Below are positions 11,614 through 23,529 of a stretch of 49,745 bases of DNA, piece by piece (positions within the stretch are counted from its first letter, which is position 1; the number at the start of each line of letters is the position of its first letter). A model generated the notes under the pieces. The model saw nothing but the letters and a program-made list of their open reading frames with translations, did no database searches and had not been told where the DNA came from. This DNA is from Bigelowiella natans CCMP2755 (Eukaryota; Protista; Cercozoa), in NCBI GenBank assembly GCA_000320545.1, contig ADNK01000534.1, positions 1-49,745 on the forward strand, given 5' to 3'. The position numbers were made by a program, and so were the translations under genes.

Positions 11614-12780
11614 CATGTGGGACGAATGTAATGGATGATTAAATCTTTTAAATGGTCATCCTTACGTAGCTATCTAAGGATATCATGAGACAGATGTAAC
11701 GATTAATTTAAATTTGATCAATGGTCATCCTTTAAGGATGTTATGCATGGACACATGTGCATGCATGAGACAGATGTGATGAAGTGTTCAATTTTTTTCA
11801 ATGATCATCCATGTACACATGAGACGGATGCAATGAATCGATGAAATCTTTTCAATGGTCATCCCAATGTAGCTAGCTGTGCAACGGCTACAGCGCTGCT
11901 AACATGCGGTGTCCACTCATTGCTATGGTCACATGTTTTGCTTGCTAGGTTGTAAGCATTGGTATCTTGTCGTGCATGCGCGAATGCAAGTCCTTTTCAG
12001 TTCTAGACAGTACGTCGTCGCTTATTGGTGTCGTCGTTCTTCTTCATGATTGCCTTCATCAGTTGCATGACTGACATGTTTGCACATGCATGCATAGCCA
12101 CACGTTAGGATGACCATTGAAAAAACTGAAACACTTCATCACATTTGTCTCATATGTGTGTACATGCATGTGACATGCTAGCATGCATTGAAGGTATTCG
12201 CCAACGCACGCGCTGCTTGCCAATGCTCATGACTGTAGACAAAAACACTAAAACCTTGATGATGAAAATGCATTGTGAGCATGCATGCCAAATCAAGCTT
12301 TCTGAGGGGATATTACCGCTCGCACGTAGGTCTTTCATTAATTTCATTTGCGCGCGCGCGTTTCACTTTGCTGCAACTAGCCTAGCTAGCTAGTTGCACA
12401 CATCACATCACGCTAGCACGCTATTTTCAGATTGAACACCCAGCCTTTTTCCCTTGCGCAGCGCTGTGCGTAATCTAGCTTGCTAGCAGTGCGTAGTTGC
12501 AAAGAGCAAAGATGAACGCATCTTGTGCACGTGCTGCGTGGCGTGTGTCACGTGGGACGCCACTTGCTAGCTTGTGCGTACATTCACACATCCTGACATG
12601 GCAATATGCAAAATCAAAATCAAATTGAATGTGTGTCAAAATTTTGGCGCACATGCATGCAGCAACAGTTTCATTTTGCACAGGCATTGTGGGCAGCGCG
12701 ATTGTGCATGACTGCGCTGTCAAGATGGGCAGAAAAAGATGCATGCATGTACGTATATTTTGATTTTCTGACATTTGTCC
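11614..12780. repeat. Degenerate non-autonomous TE-like region: four tandem ~47-bp units plus one inverted copy; TpA-depleted
   Basis: CATGAGACAGATG...TCAATGGTCATCC-like units start at 11614, 11684, 11764 and 11818. An inverted copy lies at 12108-12153. No TA in 12607-12749. Confidence 0.65.
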
Positions 12781-13202
12781 AGTAGGTACATGTGCAGTCA
12801 GTATAGATGCATATGTATATAACTTGGTGGCTTCCCTTAATTTATATGAGTCAAAATGTGGATACAGACAGAATAGTGGTAAGAATTGGATATTTTATGC
12901 ACAGAATGATAAGATTTTTCTCTTTTCTGCGCGAAATGCTTCGGCTTTGATTTTACACTTCGTTTCCCGCTGGACGGTGAGTTTTGAGCACCTGGAACGA
13001 AGCATGTGACAGCGACTAGGGGGCCAACTCACATCCGTGTTCGCATACCGATGTGATCATAGACTGACGCATACAATACTAACGTCGAACTGTCCTCATC
13101 CTCCTCCTCCTCCTCCTCCAATGTGTTTATGGCATAAAGCCACCATTAGCAGTCTAGGATAGCAGCAGGAGGAGAGCAGCCAGCATCGTTGGATCTGCTG
13201 CC

Positions 13203-15265
13203 TCATACAAGGACGTCGTCCTCGTCGTCGTCATCATCATCAGGGATTGGTCGCGTAGCGATCCAGTGAAGGAGATTCGTCTTGCTGTTGCCGTTTCCCT
13301 CGGCGGTGTAGGGACTGTACACGCTATCATCTAGCTTCTGCGCGCAACGCCACGCGCCCTCCTGATCCACGATCGCCTGCGCCATGCACACGAGCGATAT
13401 CCACCCGTCCGTGACGCACTGGCCCGTGCAGGACGCCTGGAAGTCCCCTATCTGCTGGTCCACCCACTTTTGCGGGAGGAGGAACTCAGAAGCGGGCGTG
13501 AACGGCAGCATCTGTATGCCGTTGAGCTCCCAGGTCGTTCCCCCGAACCACGTTTGGTACTGAATCAGGTTGGACCACAGGATGCCGGAGACGCCATTCT
13601 TGGTGAAGGCGTTGGGGAGCGTGGGGGAGTCCTGCCGATGCAGCTGCCAGTACTCGTGCGCTGCGTGCGTCTCCATCGCGTAGAGACTGAGGCCGATGTC
13701 CTTTATCCTCTCGTCCCCGAGGGCGTCGCCCAGCACCGCGATCGAGTACCAGCAGTTCGTGGCCTCTGAGACGGATTCCTGGTTCCTTCCGTTGAGGAAA
13801 GGCTGGAAGATGCCGCCCGCCCACGAATGCCCGGCGTAGAAGTCCATGTGCCTATACTGCGGGAAGAACTCGTCGTCGTGCGATGGGTTCGCGACGTCCC
13901 GCACCAGGAGAAGGATGAAGTCGTAGTACTCCTTCCCCCATTCAGGGAGGTAGCGGGCCACGACGGCGGCCGCATAGAGGATGTAGCCATAGTGGAAGTG
14001 GTGGTCATTGTAGTAGCCGTTCCCAAAGTCCATCCCAGCGGCGAAGGAGCCCTCCGCCAGGGAGGGGCAGACAGGCGGCCCTCCGTTGTCGCAGTGCGGC
14101 TTGCATTTCCCGCCGCAGTCGTCGTACACGCAACCGCAGCTCACCATGCCGCCCCAGTTCTTGTCGTAGACAAGCGGATTCTGGGTCTTCCCGGCGAGCC
14201 ACAGCGACGTGAAGTTCGCCAGTTGCCCGAGGGCCATGTTACGGTTGTCGTCCATCCCCATCTGGTCGGCGATCAGCACAATCCGCGCCAGCCGCGACAG
14301 CAGCTTGCCGGCGTTGTACGGGTCGCCGGCCCCTGTCTGGTAGTTGACCGGCATCTTGAACTTCTCGGTGTCCTCCTTGATGGCCGCCCGGATCGCGTCC
14401 TCGTACTTGAGGGGGACCGAGACGGGGGGCTCCCAGAGGAAGGTCGGCAGCTCCAGATTCAGCACCATCGTCTCCGTGCTGTAAGGAGTCATGCAGCCCA
14501 GCATCACCTTCTCCACGCATAGCTCCGCGTACGCGGGGGGGGGCGGGTCGACGAGTGCGCTGCGATGGTGCGGGAGGATGAGGAGGAGAGCTTCGCCGCT
14601 CTCCGCCCTCTCAGGCTCGGAGGCCTCAGCCTTGAGCTTGGCGTTCTTCTTCCTTGTTGGCTGGTCGCGCGGCGACTCGGACATGAGGTTCATGAAGCGA
14701 TCGCTCACCTTGGAGAGCCGATGCTTCCTGTCCTTCACCAGCTTATCCTCTTCCTTGTCCTCCTCCTCCTCGTCGAAGTCCATGAACTGCTCGTTCAGGT
14801 CCATTGTATGGTACTGCAGGATGATGTTGGTAGAGACTCCCTTCGACTGCACCTCGTGGCCGACGGAGCCCCCCGTGATGAGGATGTTAGAATGCTGCTC
14901 GAGCAAGTCCTCGTAGCCATCTGGAGAGTCGATCCCCTTCTTCCCGGGACAGTGCATGCCTGTTCCATGCGTGCAGTTGTTCGCGAGCGCGAGGCGAATG
15001 ACACCGGTGTAGCCGTCCTCGCTCGCAGTCAATGTCAGAGGCCCGGACCCACCACATTCAAGGTCCAGTGGAGGGAATGCGTACCTATGCGACGACGATA
15101 TTTATATGAGCGATGTTAGCATACTATAGCACCGCGATTACACAAATACAGATACAGATATATACACATTTATATACGTGAGATAAAAGATCTAATTTTG
15201 TACATTATTTTGGTGATTGCGTGTGATGTGTGTGTGAGAGAGTGTGTGTGTGAGATATCGTGATG

Positions 15266-15301
<36 letters not shown>

Positions 15302-16482
15302 GTTGCTATCATTCATCCATCATCCATGTACAAAACCTACCCGTGCCACAATGCATCGTGCTGAATGAAGCCAAACTTCATCTTGGAGGCGGTGAACCTC
15401 GTCCCAGCCTTGCAGGGCAGCTTCATCTTCTCCCCGTCCACTTCAAAGTGGTTCAGGAGCTGCGGCGAGAGGATCTGCGGCTGGGCGCTAAAGTACTGCA
15501 TGGAGATGAACGGGTCGCCCTGCACGAGGGTCGTTTGCATCACCGACGAGGGGCTTTGCACCCAGCCGACGGTCACGGAAAGCTTGTCGCTCCGCACAAC
15601 TCGCTGGAAGCCCATGCCCTTTCCGCTGAGAGAGACCATCCCCATCACCTCGTCGAAGATCTGCTGCACCTGCGACTCGGAGGCGGTTACAAACGGCTCG
15701 ATGGCGGACACCATATCGCTCTGAACCGAGACGATGTACGGCAGCACGGTGATGACGTTCTCAGGCTTGGTGCCATCTCCTAGGATGATATTCTCGTAGA
15801 ATTCGTGAGTGGGGTAAGGGGTCTTGACGTTGCCCCACAGCTTCTCCACGGGGAGCGCAGTTCCCACCCGCTCCACCCCAACCATGTCGAGGTCGTTCAC
15901 AGGGTCTGCGTTGGACAGCGGCCCTCTTCGGCTGTCTTCTGGCTCCGGATATTTGACAGGAGGGGGGGCAGGCCATTTGTCTGGGCCGGGTATCGAGGGG
16001 GGCTCGTAGCCCGAGGAGCTGGTGTCGAAGAGTATCAGTGCCAAAGACCCTAATATCGTGGCGACCATGGCAATCATGGCGAGCGCGTGCAGGAAGCTCT
16101 TCGGGCCCAAAGCAGCTATATCTGGGTGCACTAGGGCGTACATTACCCTCTTAATCCACGAGAACAGCCCTTCGCAGCAGTGGCAGTCTGGGACGCAGTC
16201 GTCCGGGACGTTTGACGGGTAGCCTCCGTTCGCAGAATAACGGGTATCGCCAGCCACGGTTTCTTTGCGGCCAATTGAGCCGTATCTCCGCACACTGCCG
16301 TTGCTACCGAAGCTGCTATTGCTGTCTTTTCTTCCTCCCCTGCTACTGTACCGTCGTCCATGGCGCCCGCTACGACTCCCACTCCGGCTGCCTCGGCGGC
16401 TGCCCCCGTCTGGAGTACCAAAGGGGCTGTCGGGTGAGGTTTGCGAGCTAGCGTTTTTACTCTTTCTCGGGACGTAAAGCAT
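13203..16482 (-). CDS. Glycoside hydrolase family 81 endo-1,3-beta-glucanase, type II membrane-anchored (~1007 aa)
   Basis: Two exons, 16482-15341 and 15084-13203, joined in frame (ALWHG|YAFPP). GH81 motifs DFGNGYYNDHHFHYGY, HSWAGG, GRNQESVSEA, GIQMLPFTP. N-terminal TM FLHALAMIAMVATILGSLALILF. Confidence 0.93.
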
Positions 16483-16509
16483 CGTGTTCGTTTATGAGCA
16501 GAGAAACCT

Positions 16510-16551
<42 letters not shown>

Positions 16552-17785
16552 GGAACGAACCGGGGGGAGGGAGAGGTTAGGCTGTAGTTGCTGAAGGTTG
16601 CTGAAGGTGGCTGAATGCTCTTGACGAAATATATCCATCCTTCATGTTATTTTTATCTCTCTCCTTCGAATGAAGAAATATACGAAACCAAATTCGGGTC
16701 GCAGGTACCTTCAACTTGTCGTAGATTCTCTCTCTTGCGAAAGTAATAAGGCTGGTATGGGAACGACGCTGATTGAAAGTCTATCGGTGCGCCATTGTTC
16801 CTTTCTTATCCACTCCTACTTTAAATTCCGTCTTTGGTCTCCTGAAAGATATATTATGCACAAGTCATCATTTAAGAGCTAAATACACAATAAAGTTTCA
16901 CATAAAGAGATCTAAAGTAAAAGCGAGATTGTTTAGAAGTCTCAATAAACAAAGCACCCCATCCCACCCCCCCAACTACAAACTCACACATGCAAGTGCC
17001 AGATTCATCTAGGTATTCTTTGACATTTAATATTGGAAGATAGTTGTACACATCTATGGATCACATGCAGCAATTCTAGTGTTTCCCAAGTTGAAATGCT
17101 AGCCTCAACACACACGAGTCCACACGCAAGAATGTGTTCATTCTGTAGGCACGAACATCGCTTGTGAAAGCGTACGCAGTATTGCATGTAAAACATCATA
17201 CTACTAACTCTCTTCTGCAAAGATTCGAACGCCCAAAAATAGCAGAGATGGTGTAACGAGCAGTTGACACACTCAACCCCTTTTTTATCCGAAATTACAT
17301 GTTCAGACTACGTTACATTCGTTTATCAAAAGATGGGACAACACAGCCACTGGTATTTTCTCCCAATTTGTTATTCTTAATGTCAATTTGGGAGAGTTTT
17401 CCCCGACTGGTGCTCCACAAATAGCTGTGTATGGGGATTCTGTTTGGGGGGGGTTTATTCCACACAGGAATTCCCCTACTCGAGGGGCGCAAATTTAAAA
17501 TTTGAGGCCCTCGACTCAGCTCGGATAAAAAGACTGTATGTGGAAGGGTTGATCAAAGCCCGATTACTCCAATATATCCCCCACAAAAGGGCCAGAGAAT
17601 GCATAAAGGGGGGGGGGTGGGACCACGATCATCCAGAAGAAATAGAACAGATACCTCGGCGGGATGAAAACACAGGCGATTTTACTTCGAAAAGCTGCAA
17701 AAGAAAGGCAATTTTCTCCCCAGAAACCCCTACACCAAGAGAAGAAAGAAGCCGTGCTCCTTTCCATCCTCTTGCTACTACGTAG

Positions 17786-18752
17786 GTCACCACTTCAGTG
17801 TACCCGATCCCGGGCACCGTTGTCGAAATCTCCTTGAAATATCCCTGTCGACATGCTGAATTTGCTGTCGTAGGGACACAATCATAAACAAAGCAGGAGA
17901 TCACGGAAGGGGATCCGGCAGGTTTTGCGTCTGAACTTTCGACTCACTTCGAATCAGACGGGCCTCGGAAACGGCTAGCTGGGACGCAAAACACGTGGTG
18001 TTTTCACTAAGCGACATGTTGTGGATGTACAACGTCTCTGGGATCGTTTCCCAGAAAGAAGCACACTGTGGGGCTGCTGGTGCCGAGAAAGAATGACAAA
18101 CCGAGGATTTCAGGATTTCTTGGATTTCCTAGGCTGGATTTCGTATTTTTCCATTCCTGCTGGTTTCCTGCTTCCTTCTCAAGCGCTTCCCCAAACCCCC
18201 CCGGTTCACATCGCGCACCTGGAAAGAGATGCTTACATCCTAAAAACTTCTTCTGATTTTTTATCTAAATTTCGCTGGACATTTTCTTAGAAACACGCTC
18301 TGTGACTGAGATTTCCAGGCAGAACAGCGCTTGGGCACGTGGGACGCTCTCTGGCAAATCTGCAACGCCACATTCAAAAGTACGCCTTCCCGTCATCAGA
18401 CAATCCCTGCCCGCTTCCTTGCTAAGATGTCCATGGCGTCGGGGAGCCCCGATCTCAACCTCCAGGTTCATCAATTACGAGTATACAGTAAGCGAACCAA
18501 TGTGAATGCTTGCTTAAAGTGAATCCCTCACTCCCCGTGCGCCAATGCCTCAATCTCAAGATTGTCCTCCAGACGAGACCGGCACAATCTTGAATCATAC
18601 TCACTTCTTTGCAGGTGAAAGTAAGCTCCCTTGGAATGATCGCGTTTGTAGTACTCATCGGGATCTCATGGATAACTTGGATTCGATACCGAGAGGATAT
18701 CGCTAAGATTTACCAGAATTCGGAAGTTATAATATCGAAAAAAAAATCCTGA
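17786..18752 (+). CDS. Possible 3' part of a spliced gene for a membrane protein with a C-terminal TM and di-lysine (KKKS) end; model incomplete
   Basis: After acceptor TTTGCAG, exon 18615-18752 reads VKVSSLGMIAFVVLIGISWITWIRYREDIAKIYQNSEVIISKKKS*. Candidate upstream exons at ~17786-17869 and ~18310-18465. No start or homology recognised. Confidence 0.3.
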
Positions 18753-19571
18753 ATGAAAACTGCGGATAAGAAGAAAATGAAAATTGATTATTCCAAAGTA
18801 ACATTATGATTTTACACGGAAAACTTTATAAATCAGTATGAAAAGAACCTGTGAAAACCAATCCTGCTGCGATTTGACGAGAGAAGTTAAACCATGCACC
18901 TCACGAGAAAGCTGCTCATGCGATGTACATGTAATGTTACTGTACGTGTATGGCCGCGAAAATTCGATTCGATGTTGGTTTCATAGTACATCTATCTATA
19001 CTGCCTCTATGATGCTGCTGCTGACTCACTATTTATGTCGGGCTAATGGCTACACATCCAGCACCAGAGCATGAAACGCAATTGATGAAACGATGCATGC
19101 AACGATGTGCTGCTTGTGCTAGATTTTTGGTATCGCTTTGGTGCTATAGCAGCATATTGTCGTAGCTACAGACTTTAATTTAAGAACGCTACAGATTGTT
19201 GCAATCATATGGCGTCCTGCATCATGTAGAGCGCACAAGGCCTCCAGACATTGGATAGTATACAGAATTAAACAGAAAAGAATTTACGCGAATAAAGACG
19301 TGGCTCCTCATGCATTATTTCTATGCGATTCCTCACACTATAGTGTCGAATTTTTTTGAATGAAAATTGAGGAAACAGCAGATGTTGATGTACACCTTGG
19401 TTCATTCCGAGCCGCAACAATTAGTTAGTCACATTAAACCATCTTCATGTGATGATAATTCTCAATAGAGAGGACGATGTATCAAGTTTCAGCACGGACC
19501 GTTACCATGATGGAAGACGCACAGGCATGCGCGCATACATTATTCCACTTTAACAAGAGAGTCGTAAAACT

Positions 19572-21511
19572 TTACTGTGGAGGCAGTGGATTTGCGACGC
19601 CTATCATCGAATCTCTTGTTACAAGTTTGGCCAGCTCAGCTTCACCCAAATGGTCAGTCCCGGGTGGTCGCGTTGGTAGCACCATATAGCGTAGATCGGC
19701 CGTAGAATCATGGACTTGAATCTACAGGAAATGCACGAGCGTATTTCATGGTATTAGTCGGTTCAAACGGAGTACGCATCGTGACGCTACCTGCGTTGAC
19801 TCTGGGAGCTCCAATCCAAATTCCTTCAGGACTGCTCGAGGCTCACGAACCGCTCGGCTTCTAAATTGATTAGGAAGAAATCGGACGTTCGTCAGAGTAC
19901 TTGCACGTGGGCTGGCAACTAGACATACATGATGAGACGCGAAGCACGATGTTATTAGATGATGCACCATCACCTGTAATTTCTGCTACGGTACCAAGTT
20001 GGGGACAGGCCAAGAATGGACCTGGGATAGCAGCTGCAGAGTGTGCAGACGACCTGTCCAATCACGTGAAGAAAGAGAGGATGAGAACAGGGAGGGGAGG
20101 GGGGGGGAGGAGAGAGAGAGGGAGCTAGGCAATATATAGATCCTTAGTACTCGCACGCGAGATTCGCCAATGTTCATACCAGGTTGTGTGTTTCCGGGGT
20201 ATTTTCTACGACCGTCAGCACTGTCGATGCTGTGCTATTCTGGGCCATTATTCCTGGAAAAAAGGGGGGAAAATGCAGATGCTTTTGGGAAGTTGTTGAG
20301 GTCATAATGAGTGCTATCATCTACCAAGCTCCCCTGCGGCAGCGGAAGCGTCTGTGACGAGTAACTCCTTGAAAGCTGGGTCCGTCCACGCCCTACGGAA
20401 TGAGGATATCAATCGGCATTCTTTTTCTTTCTTTTAATCATCACACTGCTGCTCCTCTCATTGCTCTGATGATCAGATCATTATCTTCGAACAAACCTTG
20501 CCACTATGCGCGGCCCTTCGGATTGCTGGCCCAGCATTTCCAGCTTCTCCACACCAGCCCTCAGCTGGGGTAAAACACACAACCAGGCGGCAACTTAACT
20601 ACTGAGATTTTGCACGAAAGGATGAGCCGTGCGCGCTATGTGTTTTCTTGGGCGACAATAAATTCATATAACCTGTCTATCTGCAGCGACACACACACAC
20701 ACACACACACACACCTCCTTTGGGGTGATCACGCCTTTCGTCATAACAGCAGCCTTGAGCTCTCGAGCGAGCATCATTCCGGGGGTTTCCGCACCTTCGA
20801 GGTCGACTGCGTTCTGAAACGGGCGATGACGGCAATGCGGTTGATGAAAATGCACGACCGGGTGACGTTCACAACTACTGTTGTCACTAGCTCATTGCGA
20901 CGCTTAATGAACGCCGCCATAACGCATAGCCTTCTGCTAGCTTTGCTTCTTGCACACGAAGGGACAGCGGAGAGGGTGAAAACGCGCAGGCACAGGGTGG
21001 AAGTGGGGGGCCATGATACACGCATTATTGACATTAATCTTCCAAGTTAGTAACCTGCTCCGTCTCCCCGCGAGTTCCATGATCATGATGCCCATGGTCG
21101 CCTTTCCACCGTTCGTTGAGAGACGATACCCACCAAGCGACATAAACACAAGATATATGGAATAAAGCTACGTGCCTGACGCGAAATTACGGCTGCTGCT
21201 TTTATAAATAAAATTAAATAAAGCTATATAAATAAATATATGTATATGTTATCATGACAGCAAGGACACGATATCCCCGTACCGTGCGAGTGCGAGTGAC
21301 TGTGAGAGGCAAGTTTCTGCTCCTCCTGCTGCCTCTGTAGGGACACAATCCTTTCGAATCGTTCCGAGGGGGAGGGGTTCGAAGTTGGAGGGGCTTCCGA
21401 TCGCTGCAGCCAGGGAGCATAAATTTCCACGACGGTGCTGTCTGACTCGCCTCCTGTGTAGTGCTCCCACAGATCCTAGAAGGGTAGATCGATTGTCAAA
21501 GACACTTCTCT

Positions 21512-21557
<46 letters not shown>

Positions 21558-21778
21558 TCTCTCGTGTACGTGTGTGTGTGTGTGCTTGTGTCATCGCTTT
21601 GCTTTTGCTACGAACCTTTTGTCGGAACTTCACCCTATACAACGCTTCTTCCCGAGTCTATGCGTGGATTTGGAGAGAGGACGATATACATACAAGCATA
21701 TAGGTGGTCAGAGGCGTCGTCGATATTGCCAAGCTCAGCTTGATACCAATTCCATATCTACCGTATCAATCTATCCCC

Positions 21779-21816
<38 letters not shown>

Positions 21817-22945
21817 CGAATAAGCAAGGAGAGGGACCTGTCGTCTGTAGGCCAGCAGCTCCGGGTTTTTGAACTTGCCGCAACTTGCTACGACCTCTCC
21901 AATCACTCCGTGTACATACCTGGCGTTTGAGATCGAAGTGCAACCATGAAGATGACTCAGCTATTATTATATCTGTCGCTCAATGAAGATTTATGTGCTT
22001 TTACACAACCCAGGAGTCCTTAGGTGCGGTTTCGGCCACGGAAGGTGCCCTGTCTCGGTCTTCACGACCACAAAATCTCCGATCTAATCAACCCCATCAA
22101 ACGTATCAGTAGCATCATTTATACTCTGGACTTCTCTTCCGTTTTGTTGCGTTGGGAGAAGGGAAAGAAAGCTTACGTCAAACGTCTGTGCTTTCTGGTC
22201 GATATCCTGAGCGAAATATACCGTGGTCAGCCAGGTGAGAGCAAACTTAAAATTCAATTTCTCACCTCCATTGGGGGAAGAAGGTCATCGTGGCTCAACA
22301 CGTTGCGTTCTAAAAGTATCATTGCCATTGAAACGGCCCTAATATCAAGCAGCACATACTTTAGAGAGATTGGGAGAAAGATTGAGGGAGCGTACTACCA
22401 TTTCTCGTAGTACTTAAGACTTTTCTGGTGTTCAGCGGGTAGTCCTTCAATCCCGCGCCTGTAAACGAAATTTCGCATCAAATTACTGTTCTTTCAATAA
22501 TGTAAAATCGTGGCACCACCACCTACCTCAGCTCGTCCACAGTGATGTAGTTCTTCGAGACAAGTAGCGAAAGCAAAGCATCCATTTCCCTATTTTAGCA
22601 TGTATGTTAGTTATCACGAAAAGAGTGCCCAAAACCGTAGATATTATACCTCTCCCACATCATTATGGGTCGGTCTGTGCGGTCGATTTTCCCGTCCAGA
22701 AGCCCGGCAACATCATGGTGGAAGTCGATCTGAAACGGGCAAACTTTCGAAATCAGAACATTTACATCACTCTTTTAACTCTAAATAGCCTTCTAATGTC
22801 AAAACAAGATGCTATCTAACATTACCAACGAGTGGATGCGCCTCCGAGCGGACGCACGTACTCGGTTAGCCAGTCGGCAGGGGCGGGAGGCTCGGAGCAA
22901 AGGTACCTTGCACCTCAACAAATGCCGGGCTGACCTCAAGCTCAT
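19572..22945 (-). CDS. Fused beta-alpha cobalt-type nitrile hydratase (490 aa, 18 exons) with His-rich linker and predicted mitochondrial presequence
   Basis: Exons 22945-22826, 22729-22650, 22589-22527, 22458-22399, 22338-22266, 22206-22177, 22083-22010, 21919-21838, 21657-21616, 21475-21283, 21101-21055, 20813-20715, 20564-20497, 20392-20325, 20253-20180, 20053-19974, 19860-19791, 19721-19572 (1473 nt, all phases consistent). Beta motifs [42 protein letters not shown]. Alpha motifs [57 protein letters not shown]. Confidence 0.95.
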
Positions 22946-23529
22946 ATAGCTGGATGGTGCGAGTCTGAATGGGAAGGATTAGGGAGTCCGAGGACTGCAG
23001 CTCGTATCTTCTATCTGGGGTAGGGCTTGGAGTAGTGAGTTGTGCGTGAATCCGCTGCTGCAAAACCCTTTTTTACGAATAAGATAAATGCCTTAAAAAT
23101 CATGTCTTACTCTTCCTCTAAATTCATGGAAATATCACGGAGCGACAAGCTATCAATCAGATCACGAACACGATATCCCCATCATTTCTAGGAAATCGGG
23201 TAAGATCTTTAAGCTGAATGCTCGTGGAGAAGGGCGCTGCCCTGGCAACATTTTATCCCGGAAACATCCAAGCCATTTATTACCTGTAGAAATACTTGCC
23301 GTTTCGCTCCTGTGTCCTGCAATCGATGTTGTCGTTCTTAAAAACCACCTCGTTCCCAACCACCCCTTGAGCCTGCCTATCGAATTCTCTTTGTGTACTT
23401 ACGTCGCCCAGGATTCAGTCACGTGGCGGGGGGAGGGCTGTTACACCGTTGCTCCATTCGCAAGAATCTGCATTACGATAACTCTGATAGCGTGGCAGAG
23501 GAGAGGAGCCGAGTGCCAGTGGAAGAAGC
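22946..23529. promoter_or_regulatory. Putative bidirectional promoter between nitrile hydratase and GNAT genes
   Basis: Only ~585 bp separates the divergent ATGs at 22945 (-) and 23530 (+). Confidence 0.5.

Noticed and set aside
11614-11864. Repeat-spacer-like array resembling CRISPR
   Set aside because: Units are degenerate and irregularly spaced, the context is eukaryotic, and no cas genes are present.
13470-15783. Multiple plus-strand and alternative-frame ORFs overlapping GH81
   Set aside because: Expected by-products of GC3-rich coding sequence.
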